DNA of 63,764 bases, filler included, from Octopus bimaculoides (Eukaryota), in assembly GCF_001194135.2 (NCBI RefSeq). It is 6 parts of 6 records of this genome, joined end to end, with 100 filler letters (N's around TTAATTAATTAA, not from the genome) between each part and the next. Parts side by side here need not be neighbours in the genome. Positions count along the whole stretch, not along the records: positions 44,160 to 62,571 come from NC_069000.1; 5 more parts are not named here. One strand, written 5' to 3'. Shown one piece after another: positions 47,212 through 60,100 of this stretch (position 1 is the first letter of the stretch; each line of letters starts with the position of its first letter). The position numbers were made by a program, and so were the translations under genes. The notes beneath the pieces were generated by a model that searched no databases, was not told where the DNA came from, and saw only the letters and a program-made list of their open reading frames with translations.

Positions 47212-49251
47212 ACTTTAACTTTAGTGATTTAATACTTTACTGCTTTATTCTTTAGAGTGTGCTTCTTATTCAGATATCTGATATATTGACAATCAATATA
47301 TATATTGTCAATATATCATATATCTGAATAAAACTCACACTCTAAAGAATAAAGCAGTAAAGTATTAAATCACTAAAGTTAAAGTCTGGTCATAGAAAGA
47401 TCAATGGTTTCACATCCACAAAAGCCACAACCTTGTGGACAGCTCAATAGATTCTATACAAAGACAAATTTAACTCTTCACCTCGCAAAGGTGGTGAAAT
47501 GCTACAGTCAGTTGATCAAATAACAATCAGAGACAAAAAGTTTTTTAAAGTTTTGGCTCGCTCAGTGATGCAGATTTTCCAGTACCCACTTCCATTAGCA
47601 TAGGGGCCTAGTTGTTCTAAGATCTCCCACCTGATATCATATAGGATCCGTTGATCTATTAGGTGCCAGACATGGCTGGCCAGGGACATGACAAAATGTC
47701 TTTCTGGGACCCTGAAGGTTGCAGGAGCATCACTTGAAATCTGTGAAGCTAAACAGATAGCAATTGGCCTAAGTATAGTAGACAGAGTAGAGATCTTAAC
47801 CAAGAGAAATGCCTTTATCACAATAAAAAACCACAAGCAGAACTTTGCCTCTTACCCCAAATGCCACCTGATCAACCCAGCCAAATCCGAAATTGGCCTG
47901 GCAAGCAGGCATATACTGAGGAAGATTAATGACAACATAAGGAGGGCCACCAGCCTCTCTCTATGGCACAGCACCAATGAAGTGACCTCATGGTTTAATG
48001 CTAACTGGGAAAGGAGCAGGGTTAGGTTTACACATTTCGACATTGTCAATTTTTACCCATCAATATCAAAACTGTTGCTGATTAAGGCACTTTCTTTTGC
48101 TAAGAGCTTAACAGATTTTAATGAGAGAGATATTAGCATTATCATGCTAATATCTCTCATGAGATATTCAACAGAGCTGTTCAACAAAGATTCAAGCAAT
48201 ATGACGCCAAGGGCTCCTTCAATGTGGCTATAGGAGCCTATGACAGTGCTGACATCTGCAATCTTATTGGACTATATATCCCATACACCTTAGGGAAGAA
48301 ATTCCCTTCCCTAGCCATCTCTAAAGGAGCCAAGAGGCACATGCTAGATAGACTTAGAAAGGACCTAATTAGCGCCCTAGGTTCCATGGGACTCAAGATC
48401 ACCATTGAGACTAATCTCACCACTGTAGACTTCCTGTGTTACTTTAGACCTGGGCTCTGGTACACACAGGCCCTATCACAAGCCAAACAAGAGACTGTCC
48501 TATGTTAACACAGCGTCCTGCCACCCTCACCTCCCCATTGTGAAGGGTGTCAACAAGTGGATCTTAAATCTATCCTCTAGCCAAGATATCTTCGATGCCA
48601 CCACCCCCTACTACAACAAGGGGCTGGTCTTAGTGGGTTTAAGGACCACATCTCCTACATGCCAGGCCCTAGCACCTGGAAAATGAAGTGCTGCCAAAAC
48701 ATTGTTTGGTTTGCCCCACCTTCTCACTCAATGTCAAGACTTGTGTGGGAGGGATATTCCTCAGATTAATAGACAAGCACTTCACACAGACGCAGAGATA
48801 TAGACATTTGTTCAACAGCGCCCAACATAAAAAGTATTTTAGCTAACACCCACAAAACACAGGCAAAGGCAGGGTGTACAATGACTGTCTAGTAGGGGAC
48901 TGATGCGAGGCTGAAGGAATCATCAACAAGGCTACGGTGACACCTAGACCTGACAACCACAGTAGTAACAATATACCATCCAACAAATATGATGGCACTG
49001 GAGGCGGTGACAGTGGCAGAAACACCAGCTTTGACACCAACGACCCCAATACCAACACCACAGCCAGGGTAGATGACCAGTCCAGTACCAACACCTCAGC
49101 CAGGCAGGATGAACAGACCAGTACCAATGACAAGGAAGTAACAGGCCCCGCACCATTGTTCCCTCTATGACCAGACTTTAACTTTAGTGATTTAATACTT
49201 TACTGCTCTATTCTTTAGAGTGTGCTTCTTATTCAGATATCTGATATATTG
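47212..49251 (+). mobile_element. rearranged Penelope-like element (probably Naiad-type) in the SLC6 intron
   Basis: + strand RT: AFITIKNHK.NF...PKCHLINPAKSEIG, FDIVNFYPSI, MAIGAYDSADICNLIGLY, GLKITIETNL..VDFL, NIVWFAPPFSLNVKT. Inverted GIY-YIG C-terminus at about 47400-47695. Tail repeat in three copies. Confidence 0.85.
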
Positions 49252-49813
49252 CTTGAAAACATCTGGCCAAAGAAAATCCACCTCAACAAATTCCATCCAA
49301 CCCATGTGAGCAATGAAAAGGGAATGCTAAAAAGATATATATTTATGTATGTTGACATACATATATATCTATGAAGGGCTTCAACACAGTTTCTGCCTAT
49401 GAAATTAACTAACAAGGCATTGATCAGCCCAGTGCTATAGTAAAACACACTTGCCAAATCTACTGTGCAATGGGATTGAACCCAAAACAATGTGAGCTTC
49501 TTAACCACCAACCATGTCTCTGCCTATAGCCATGTTGTTATCATTATTGCAAATGTCATTGAGCAAGAAGTTCTAAGCAAACAAATCCCACAGCCCAGTT
49601 TCAGGTTTTTAATCAGAACCACCTCACTTGTCACAATAATGTCCCTTGGAAGTAACAGTCAAGTACTTAGGGTTGATGCAATAGATTGTTCTTCCTACCA
49701 AAAACAAATTTGTGGCCTTGTACCGAAGTTATGAATCAATATCATTATCATCATCATCATCATTATCAGTATATTGTTTATTACATCTGCTTTATTTTCA
49801 TTTCATTTTCCAG

Positions 49814-50020
49814 CGCGTAAAGAAACTGATACATCCAGATCCAAAATGGGGACCATCTCTACCTCAGTACCGAGAACAATACATTGCATCTCTGAGTTTT
49901 AGTGAGAGACAACGAATGCTCCGTCACATCATGGAAAATGAGAAAGATGGACCTCATAACATGTCAGTAATTGGAGAGCATGCAAAAATGTTGCAGCTGC
50001 AATTGGATTCTGTATGCTGA
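49814..50020 (+). CDS. SLC6: SLC6 C-terminal exon (glycine/proline/amino-acid transporter-like WGP motif)
   Basis: tttccag|CGC; RVKKLIHPDPKWGPSLPQYR...LDSVC*. P...WGP is typical of the SLC6 amino-acid transporter branch; exact orthologue not assignable. Confidence 0.9.
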   Translation, partial: RVKKLIHPDPKWGPSLPQYREQYIASLSFSERQRMLRHIMENEKDGPHNMSVIGEHAKMLQLQLDSVC

Positions 50021-50340
50021 TGAAAGAAAGAAACAGATGCACACAATCAAGCAAAAATCCAAATTTAAAATGTTAAGAAAATATCAAATACATTTATCTA
50101 TATTTGTATATATGTGGATAAATATATGAACATAGAAGCAACACCTCAAGAATGATATCTAAACATCTTTAAATATATTTTAAACAAATTATATGTAAAC
50201 CAGTACAAGTTGGGTTCTTGCCTGCATTGTGTGGTTACAAAATACCGAAATCACCATGATCTCCTTGTTCTGGTCTGAGTTGCCAGTACACAAAACAAAA
50301 ACAAGGGTTTGGTCTAGTTTTTTCTGTATTTCTTCTCCAG

Positions 50341-50394
50341 CAACAACCTGAACTGCCTCATCCAGATCAAGTCAGTCAGCTGAGTGAACTATAA
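50341..50394 (+). CDS. candidate alternative terminal SLC6 exon QQPELPHPDQVSQLSEL*
   Basis: Strong acceptor gttttttctgtatttcttctccag (ends 50340), in phase 0 with a cryptic donor TCT|gtatgc at 50011/50012. Confidence 0.4.
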   Translation, partial: QQPELPHPDQVSQLSEL

Positions 50395-51584
50395 GAATTC
50401 TATTTCTGTGGTCCAAAAAATGCTGTGAATGATGAACAAGGGTGACAGGCATTATCAACGATAATCTGTTGAGAACATTTTATGAATCTCCCTCACTAGG
50501 TTTTAAACATGACTGGTGAACACTTCAACCGAAATACTTTGTACCCCTCCTTCAACAATGTGCACTAGGGGATATCTCATTACAGAGTGTATTTCACAGA
50601 ACAATATCGTGCAATTTAAAAAAATGATATTTGATGTGTTAAAAGAGAGAAAACAATCAAGAAACATTCTTATTGTTATTAACAACAATATCATAACTAT
50701 TATTATTGATATACCTTTTAGCCAGGAGCACTGAAATTATGAAAGAAGAAAAGCTTGAACTATCAGATAGAAAATTACTTTTCTTAAGTTTTATCAATTC
50801 TTTTAAATATTTCCAAGTGAATGTCTTTTCCTTTTTCTTTCTTTACTTAAAAAAATAGCAAGGCACATATTTGAAATATCTGTAAGATTTACTTTTCATT
50901 AGTCATTGCTTAAGATATTTCAAAACATTAGCTTTAGAAATATACTTGTATATCTTTAAAAACAAACTCAAAAGACTCACAGGCTTATAAGCTTTAAATA
51001 GCTTCTAGATGAATTAGATTTTTTTAAACTTTTACTAATAATATATTAATTCCCACAACAAAAAAAGTGTTATCCCCTAAGTCTCTCTTCTTTCTTTTTC
51101 TGTCTGTCTCTCTATTTCTATTTCTCTACAGTAATTTTCTCAAAGACAGGATAGAAACAGTATATGATAATGATTTTAAAACAAAAAAAAAAGTGAGACA
51201 TTAATTAGTGATGCTATTAAAAAAATGTATAAAACTTTCCAATAAAAAGATTAAAATTTAGACATGAAATTGTGAAAATATTTCTGTCTGAAATATCAAC
51301 TTGGGAATTACTCTTGTCTCTGAGAGACTCAGCTCTTGTTCTGTTGAGCAGAACTTGATAAAATGAAAATCAACATACATACAAGCAGACATATAAGCAT
51401 ACATAAGTACAGATGCATATATAAATATCTTTATAATTTTTTCACACACTATCAATCATCCCTAAACTCAATCTCTGATTACTATTATCAGAGAATTCAG
51501 AATCCAAAACCTTCTCTTCCAACATTTAAAAAAGCACAATTTCACAATATAGCTGCTGTGCAATGGTCCAAAGTAAATATATAT

Positions 51585-51695
51585 ATATAGGTGTGTGTAT
51601 ATACGTATATATATATGTGTATATATGTATATGTATATATGTATATACGTATATATATATATATATGTATATACGTATATATATATGTATGTACG

Positions 51696-51743
<48 letters not shown>

Positions 51744-51901
51744 CAGATACACATATATATATATATACATATACACATATATATATATATACACATATAT
51801 ATATACATATACACATATATATATATATAAATATACACATATATATATACATATACACATATATATACATATACACATATATATATATACANNNNNNNNN
51901 N

Positions 51902-51932
<31 letters not shown>

Positions 51933-52114
51933 CAGATACACATATATATATATATACATATACACATATATATATATATACACATATATATATACATATA
52001 CACATATATATATATATAAATATACACATATATATATACATATACACATATATATACATATACACATATATATATATACATATATATATATACACATATA
52101 TATATATATATATA

Positions 52115-52166
<52 letters not shown>

Positions 52167-52235
52167 TACATATACATATATATGTATATATATATATACA
52201 AACACACACACATACATATATATATGTACACACCC
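51585..52235. repeat. long compound (TA)/(CA) low-complexity array with a block repeated across a small gap
   Basis: About 51712-51890 recurs at 51902-52080 either side of 10 N, likely an assembly overlap. Confidence 0.9.
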
Positions 52236-52742
52236 ATACATCAAATAAACAACATTTTGAAAACATATTTATCCCTCCCGTATCTTTTTAATTTAGACTT
52301 CATCTGTATATATAAAACATTTTTCTTTTTATCTTCTTCATGTATATATTTTGGGTTTTTTCTACAAATTTTTCTTTTTTGTTTCTCTTTTTTTCTACGA
52401 TTTGCTTTTCTCTCAGGAAAACTACAAATGGTGTTCCATCATACACTCAAATAGACAAATAAGTTTATTCAAATACATACACACAACATATACAAATACA
52501 TATAATCAAAATTATATACACCAGGTATTTACATTCTATTTTAAAAAATACACACACATGCATATCTCATGACCTTGTGGACTCTGTATAGTGCACATAG
52601 TCCGATATAACACATTGTAGATTAGTCATATACAAAAGCCTATATTTAGATAAATAAATCATCTGTTTCATTGCAAAGTTGGTTAAAAAAATCTTGCAAA
52701 TTCACACATACACACACACAAACACATGTATGTGTGTGTGTT

Positions 52743-52773
<31 letters not shown>

Positions 52774-54789
52774 CTGTATATAATACCAGTAGCAGACATA
52801 GCTATGTGGTTTTATGTTAAATGTACAGATATTTATAGAGTATTTAGCTTCTTACAATATATAATTCAATAAGTAGATGATTTACATCTGTAAAACTTGC
52901 TGAATCTGACACAGTATCTATTAGGAGAAATATGTGTGCAGTAATGGTACATAGAGTGTTCTAAAGATTCAGATACCTAGTTTAAAGTAGCAAAAAGTAT
53001 TACAAAGTGCAAAATTACCTAAACTTTCAAAAATATTGAGTTAACTTAAACACATGGGTGAGATGTATGTGTGTGGGGGGCAGGGTGGCAGAGACATCAT
53101 AGTGAAACAGTAAATAAATTCTTAGACAATCCTAAGTACAGTCAGATTGGTTTACATTTCCAGCTGATGCTGTTTCATCTATGTTGTTGGTGCTATTTAT
53201 AAAATATGTAAATGCCACAATTCCCTTCAATCAATTTTGAGGTTTAATACTCTACCAATTAGTTTTTGTTTTTAGTTTAATTTTTTTATTGTATAATCCA
53301 ATTCACAATTTTTTTTTTTACTTAAACAAATGACACCACATTATTTCATTCTAATCCCACCATCACCACAATCATTTGCAGTCTCCCCTCAACATTCTCT
53401 TCTCTCTCTCTTTCTTTCTCTTTGCAATCTCTTAACTCTGGTGCAACTCCACAAAAATGTCCACACTTCACTCCCCTGACTTTTAATTCCATTCATAAAA
53501 ACATAAGTATTATCATGAATAGTATTATTATCATCATTACTGCTATAAGTATACCAAAAAAATTTATCACTATGACGATTATTATTATTTATTGTATATA
53601 AAAGATTTATGTAAAAAAAAAATGGAAAATTGAAAAAATAAAACTGTCACCTGCTAACGGTGACAGAATTAAGTTTCAGAGAAATGTCTGGAACGTTTCT
53701 GCATCATTCTGCAGTCTGGTTGGTTATTCGACCAAAACATATTGTCCTGTTTCTGCTTCCCCCTCCCCCACTACCACCTCCAACATTCAAATTTGCTGAC
53801 GAAAATATAATCTATGGAATGTTTCCTTCTTCCCTCCCTATGAGAAAATGTATCGTATATTTCTTTAACCTCTCAATTTTTTTTTAACAGACATTTAAGG
53901 TTAGTTAATACAAGGCTAGTTCTCCCTTGTATTTCTTATATACTTCAGTTTTCTGACTGATCCACCCAAAATCATAAAAGCCTGTTTTCTCTGACTTAAA
54001 TCTGAACTTTGATATTTCAAAACCTCTTCTTTTAATGCAGCCAATATGTGGTTTAAAATATTTAGCTATGGCCCTTTACATTTTTAATTCAAATTTTACT
54101 CAAGTCAGTTTTATTTTTCATCTTTCTGAAGTTCATAAAATAAAATACTAGTTCAATACTAGGGTGAAAAAAAGCCAACTTGCTCCATTCTACTATATTT
54201 CTGGCTTTTCCAATGTTAATATAAAAGTCTTCAATATAGTTATTAAAAGTAGGCTTTGTGTCTAAGCTAACAAAGCAAATATATTTGAATTTAACAAGTG
54301 CTTGAACTCACATTAATGCACAGAATGGACAGAATTGATAAATTATTGGGCAAAGTTCTTTGCAGCATTTAGTTATGGCTCTTTATGTTGTGAGTTTGAT
54401 TCCCACCAAACTTTACTTTGTCTTTCATCATTCCAGGATATACTAGGATCAATATAATCAACACCCATTTTCCCAAAATTCATGGTTTAAGACTTAAACC
54501 AGTAATTAAGAAATTATTATTATTATTACTAGGCCTAAGACATAAACTGAAGTTGTAAAATTTTACGAAATGCTAGAGCATAAATTAAAACAATGGACAA
54601 GAAAACCAGACTTAGATACTTGATTTTTAATTAATTAGGTGTCTCATATTGTGAGTTCAAACCTTGACATGTTTTTTGTTTTTTTGTCTTGATAGAATTT
54701 AATAAAGTACCAATAATGTACCAGTGACAATGTAATTGACTAATACACATATTCTACACACACACACACATACATATATATGTTTATAT

Positions 54790-55160
54790 ATATATTACTC
54801 TTTTATTTGTTTCAGTCAATTATTTACTCTTGTTATTTTCCATCATTTGACTGCAGCCTTTAGTCGAACAAATTGACCCCAGGACTTATTCTTTGTAAGC
54901 CTAGTACTTATTCTATCGGTCTCTTTTGCCGAACTACTAAGTTACAGGGACGTAAACACACCAGCATGGTGGGGGGACAAACATATACATATATATATGT
55001 ATATACAACAAGCTCCTTTCAGTTTCCGTCTGCCAAATCCACTCACAAGGCTTTGGTTGGCCTGAGGCTACAGTAGAAAACACTTGCCCAAGGTGCATGC
55101 AGTGGGACTGAACCCAGAACCATGTGGTAAGCTAGCTACTTACCACACAGCCATTCCTGC
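54790..55160 (-). mobile_element. SINE family A, CpG-decayed
   Basis: Reverse complement of family A with CG>CA/TG changes (gactgcagcc, gtgcatgcagtggg, aacccagaacc). Confidence 0.85.
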
Positions 55161-56904
55161 ACCTATATATATATATATCCATATATCCATCCTCACCCAC
55201 TAAATCATGTTAGGTATTAAATATTTATTATCAGAGTTCAAATACAGATTTTGGGTGATCAAAAGACTCTCTTTCCTTCTCCCTACTCTCTTTTTATCTA
55301 GTTACTTTATCTTTTCTGCTGTTTCCTTCTCTCACCCCACCTTCTATTCTCCTTCCCTCTCAAATTAGCTTGTCTTTAATTGTCTATCTCTGAACCTTAT
55401 GTTCCTTAAACTTTAAGGGATTCAGATCCTTTTTGCAGCAACAATTGTATTATTATTCTATGTCATTTTGATTACATAAGAAAATAAAAATGAAATTTTT
55501 TTCTAAACACAAAAAGTGTTCATTTTGTTTTTTTTGTTTTTTTTTTGTTACAATTATTTTATTTTAATTCCCTGATCAACAACTATCAGGTTGCTAGAAT
55601 GCTGGTGAAAAGCATGAGTGTCACAAACTCCCTATTATAATAAATTTCAAACTTATCAAATATCTGTCAAAGATGTTTTGAAGAAGAGGAAATGTTTCTT
55701 GTGCGGAGACTGCACCCACTAAGAGCCTATGCTTAGCTCCAGTTTTATGATATTAAGTAAACAAGAGAAATTCTGCAGTTGATCAACAGACCTATGATCA
55801 AAAGCATTCTAGCTGTGACCTTTATCTTTTTTTTTTTTTTTTTTTTTTTTTTACAACCAGACAGTCATGGGCATCATTTTTTCTTGCTTGCATGAGGCAG
55901 AGTTTTTCTACAGCTGGATGCACTTCCTGCCATCAAACCTCCACTTGTTTATTGAACAACTAACAGCCTGGACATGTTCTCTGTGGAGAACTGGAAACAG
56001 GCAATACTTTTTATGGAGTCTTTTGTTTACAAAGATCGTGCAATATGTCAAGACTTGTCAGGAAGCCTGAATATCCTTTCATTATGGCATATAACCAGCC
56101 AGGGCTCCTTCATTTTCCATCTACCATACCAATAGGAGGAGGATCTGACTCATGAAAATCTGCTTTAATGAATTCTGTCTGACCCATGCAAACAGGGAAA
56201 AGTGGATGCTAAAACAATGCAAACAGGGAAAAGTGGATGCTAAAACGAGATTATGAAGATGTGTGTATATACATATATATATATATATATATAAAATGAT
56301 CACAAATGGGGTTTAAAATTTACAACAGCTGTTTCAGCAGAATTTTATTGATGTATTTATGGATTACATAATATACAATTCACCATCTTCAGGTTAAATT
56401 TTAAACTGGTATCATGCAGGTGACATAATACATCAATAGTGATAAATCCAACTAACATTGTTGGATATGTGGTATTTTGAAAGTAACAGAATTTATAAAG
56501 AAATTAGAAGTGGCTTTAGCAAGCATGCAAGAATCAAAGGGATCAAACAACTATTTTATTTCAAAATGCTTATCTAAATTAGTTTATGACTAATATTGGC
56601 TTTGAAGAACAAAGAACCATGGACATGTTATAGCCATTAGTTAACCTTAGGGTCGTTAAAGCCAAACAGATTTCTTCTCAGTTAAGTCAGATAAAAGAAA
56701 ACAAACCTCTGGGCAGTCATCACGCTTTTTGCTTCATTCAGTCATCTAAGTACCACAGGTATACACATATTCACACACAGACATATACATGCGTATACAG
56801 AAATGATCATGAGGATGATGCATATATTATACACACACTGATACACATATATATTTACACATTAGCACACATATATACATACATACCCCCAACTGTTTTA
56901 TGTT

Positions 56905-57165
56905 CACAGGGGAGATTTACCAACATTGATCTGGCATTGCTATGGGAACGAGAATGGGCCCCGATTTCACCAACTTATTTGTTGGTTACATTGAGGCCCA
57001 AATATTCTCACAATTCTCCAGACCAACTCCAGAGCTACACGGTCGCTATATAGGCACCACTTCCCTCTCACGCAAACAACCCTCCAATTTCATCTCTTTC
57101 ATTTCTAACTTTCACCTTTCTCGCCAAATTGCCTCTACCATCTCTGACACCTCTGTAAACTTTTA
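56905..57165 (+). mobile_element. Penelope-like RT fragment
   Basis: GIAMGTRMGPDFTNLFVGYIE...GRYI(G), degraded RT core. Confidence 0.75.
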
Positions 57166-57199
57166 AAAAATTCTGGATGCTGGAGGAGGAGGCAGGAGT

Positions 57200-60100
57200 G
57201 CCATGATAGTAGTAGGATGTTAAATGGTCAAGTGCCCTGAAAGTGACTTGTTGTGGATAGTAGCAGTGACTGAATTCTTGAGACATGTCTTTTGAATGTT
57301 TTGCTTATAAAATTTGCGTAGGTGTTATTCTAAACAGCAATAGTGGTAAAGTTAGGAAGAAGGTGGCGGAGAGGAAGAAGAAGGAGAAAGAGAAGGGTGA
57401 ATAAGAAGGAATGTAGGTGGTATGATAGTAGTAGGATGTTAAATGGTCAAGTGACCTAAAAGTGGCTCGTTATGGATTATAGCAGTGATTGGGACTGTTT
57501 TTTAATGAATTCTTGGGAATCTCTTGAGTGTATCATTTTTAATATTTGCGTGTGTGTTTGTGTTACTCTAAGGCCGTGGTGGATATGTCATTTGTTGTAG
57601 GTGCGTTCAAAAGGGGTCTGTATTTTGTAATAAAGAGAGTCTCTTTACTAATTTGTTGGCTATAGGTTGTATCGTCCCTGAATTGGTAGAGGGGAAAAAT
57701 TCTGAAGCTTGGATTTTTGTTATTGGTGCAAATGTCGATGAGTTGGCTGAATGCTATTTTTCTGTTTTGGGAAATTTTGATCTGGGATCTGTGCAGAGCC
57801 ATCCTTTTATGCAGACTGTTTTTTGTTTGGCCTATGTATTGCTATTGACACCCAGAGCAGGTTAGTGTGTATATCGGGTTCTCCGAAGTACATGTGAAGT
57901 TGCTTTTCACAGTGAAACGTTGTCCCTGTTTGAAGGAGAACTCTGATCCCTCAATTAAATTGACGCATATCCCACAGTTGGGTCTTCCGCATTTTTTTTA
58001 CTGACGGCTTCTGTGTTGTTGTTGAGCGTATTCGGGCTTGTGTTCGGAGACTTTTCATAGATTTGGGTTGTCTCTTGCTTTTTATGATGGTGTGTGTTTG
58101 GAGGATTAAGTTCATTCTGTGGTCCTTTTTTTAGCAGGGGAATGTTTTGAAGGATGGTGTCGAAGGCTTCATTGTTAAGAGGGTTGTGTGTGGAGATGTT
58201 TGGTTGTAAATCCTTCTTTAATTTGGGATGTCTGAGTTCCTGGATGCTGAGTTGAAGAGCACGTTGAAAGCATATGTCAATTAGTGAAGGTGGGTAGTTC
58301 TTGGTGATGACTGTATCCTTTAGTTCATGTAGTTGTGTGTCTCTGGTGTTTGCATTAGAAACTATAGTACATATCCTTTTTGCTAGGTTGAAGGGGATAT
58401 TTATTCTGATGTGTCTGGGATGGCATGAGTTGAACGGTAGATATTGCTTGGAGTCCGTGGGCTTGTAGTATATATCTGTTTCTATTACATTGTTAGATTT
58501 CTTAATGAGGATGTCAAGGAAGGGAAGTTGTTGATGGCTATATTCCATCATGAATTGAATGTTTACGTCAAGTCCATTTATAAGTGCTTGGAATTCTTTA
58601 AGTCTCTCTATATTTTCATGCCAAAGAATGAAACAGTCATCCAGGTATCTCTTCCAGTTAGTTTCTATGTAGAGGGAGAACCTTACGATAAAGACTAATT
58701 TCTAGATATCCCATGACTAGGTTAACAAAGGAGGGGGCCATTCTCATACCCATCGCAGTCCCTGATTTTTGTCGATAGAAGTTGTCTTTGAAGATGATGT
58801 AGTTATTTTCCAAGATAAATTTTAGCCCTTCTATCACAAATTTTTTTTTGATGCAATGTAGGAGTTCGTTGACGTATTGCCTCTATTCCTAGGTTGTGAG
58901 GGATATTGGAATAGTATCGAAGGATACTAGTAGGGTGTTTTTGTTGATTGTTTCAGGAAGGTGATTAAGCATATCCAGGTCATCCCTTATATAGCTTTTG
59001 ACATGCTTGAGGAATGGTTTTAAGAGGGTATCTAAAAAGTTACTGAGGCAGTGCGTTTCGCATGTGGGACCTGCTATTATAGGTCTCAATTTGAGGTCAT
59101 TAGGAGTAGAGACTTTGATTATTATGTCTGTGGCTATCTTGCATGTGTTACTTATTTTCTCACTTTTGTGTATCTTGGGAATACCGTAGAATTGACTGGT
59201 TTTACTTTTGAAATTGGTCATATAGTCATATTCTTTGTCAGTGAGCCCTTCTCTGTATAGGTTTAACATGGATTTTAGGTCTCTCATTATTTTCTGCTGA
59301 CGTTGGGCCTTTTCATTTGTGTCTTCCAATATGGATAGTACTAGAGTTATATAGAATACCGTGTCCATTAAGACAACTTCACTCCCTTTATCAGCCTCTT
59401 TGATTGTTATTGTTTCGTCATCTTTTAATTTGTTCAGCTCAGCCCATTCTTTTTTGCTGAAGTTTGGTTTGTGCTTTTAATTGTGTATACGTTGATATGG
59501 GTAATTCGAGATGTGTTCACAGAAATGATCAGGAGTTTTGTTCTTACCTTTTGAGGGGGTGTAGTTACTTCTATTTTGGACCAACGATTCGTCCTCGTAT
59601 TTGTCATATAGCTCCTCAGCGAGTCATAATTTTCTACAAAATTCCACGATGTCTTCTTTCATTTCATTGTAGTTGGGTGTTGTGGGGCGGGTGTAAAATT
59701 GAACCCTTTGGAGAGTATATTGATTTGGTTTGCTGTTATTTCTTTGTGAGTTAGATTGATAATTTTTATCACTTTTGGTTCCTCCTGTCTGTTTGGTGCT
59801 ATCTTGTGTCTCTGTGTTTGCGTATTGGGTCTAAAAAATTATTGCGGTGGTAGGGACGGTAGCTATTATGTAGTTGTTCCTTGTTGTTGCAGGGTGCTCT
59901 GTTGTGGTTTATGGTGTGGGTTCTTGGAATGGTATTGAAAAGTGTATCCATATATCCCATGTTCGGATGTAGTGTTTTAGGGAGACGTCATTGGTAATTA
60001 TTGCGTGTGGTATGAGTTTGTTGTGCATGGTTGTTTAGTAGATTGTTGGAATGAAAATTTCGTTGGTAACTCCTTATGGGGGGGGGGAGGTTGCAATGTC

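Noticed and set aside
51712-52080. About 180-bp exact direct repeat
   Set aside because: Straddles a 10-N gap; probable assembly overlap.
51468-52291. Several 200-260 aa ORFs of Y/I/C/V/H/T
   Set aside because: Translations of TA/CA microsatellites. The same applies to the many HT, CV and YI ORFs and to the N-spanning ORFs throughout the track.
53644-53666. 8-bp hairpin ctgtcacc/ggtgacag
   Set aside because: Short enough to occur by chance in 64 kb, with no supporting context.
56187-56246. 31-bp tandem duplication (similar two-copy duplications at about 20520-20600, 39585-39625 and 60765-60860)
   Set aside because: Ordinary local slippage duplications with no spacer structure; not CRISPR-like.
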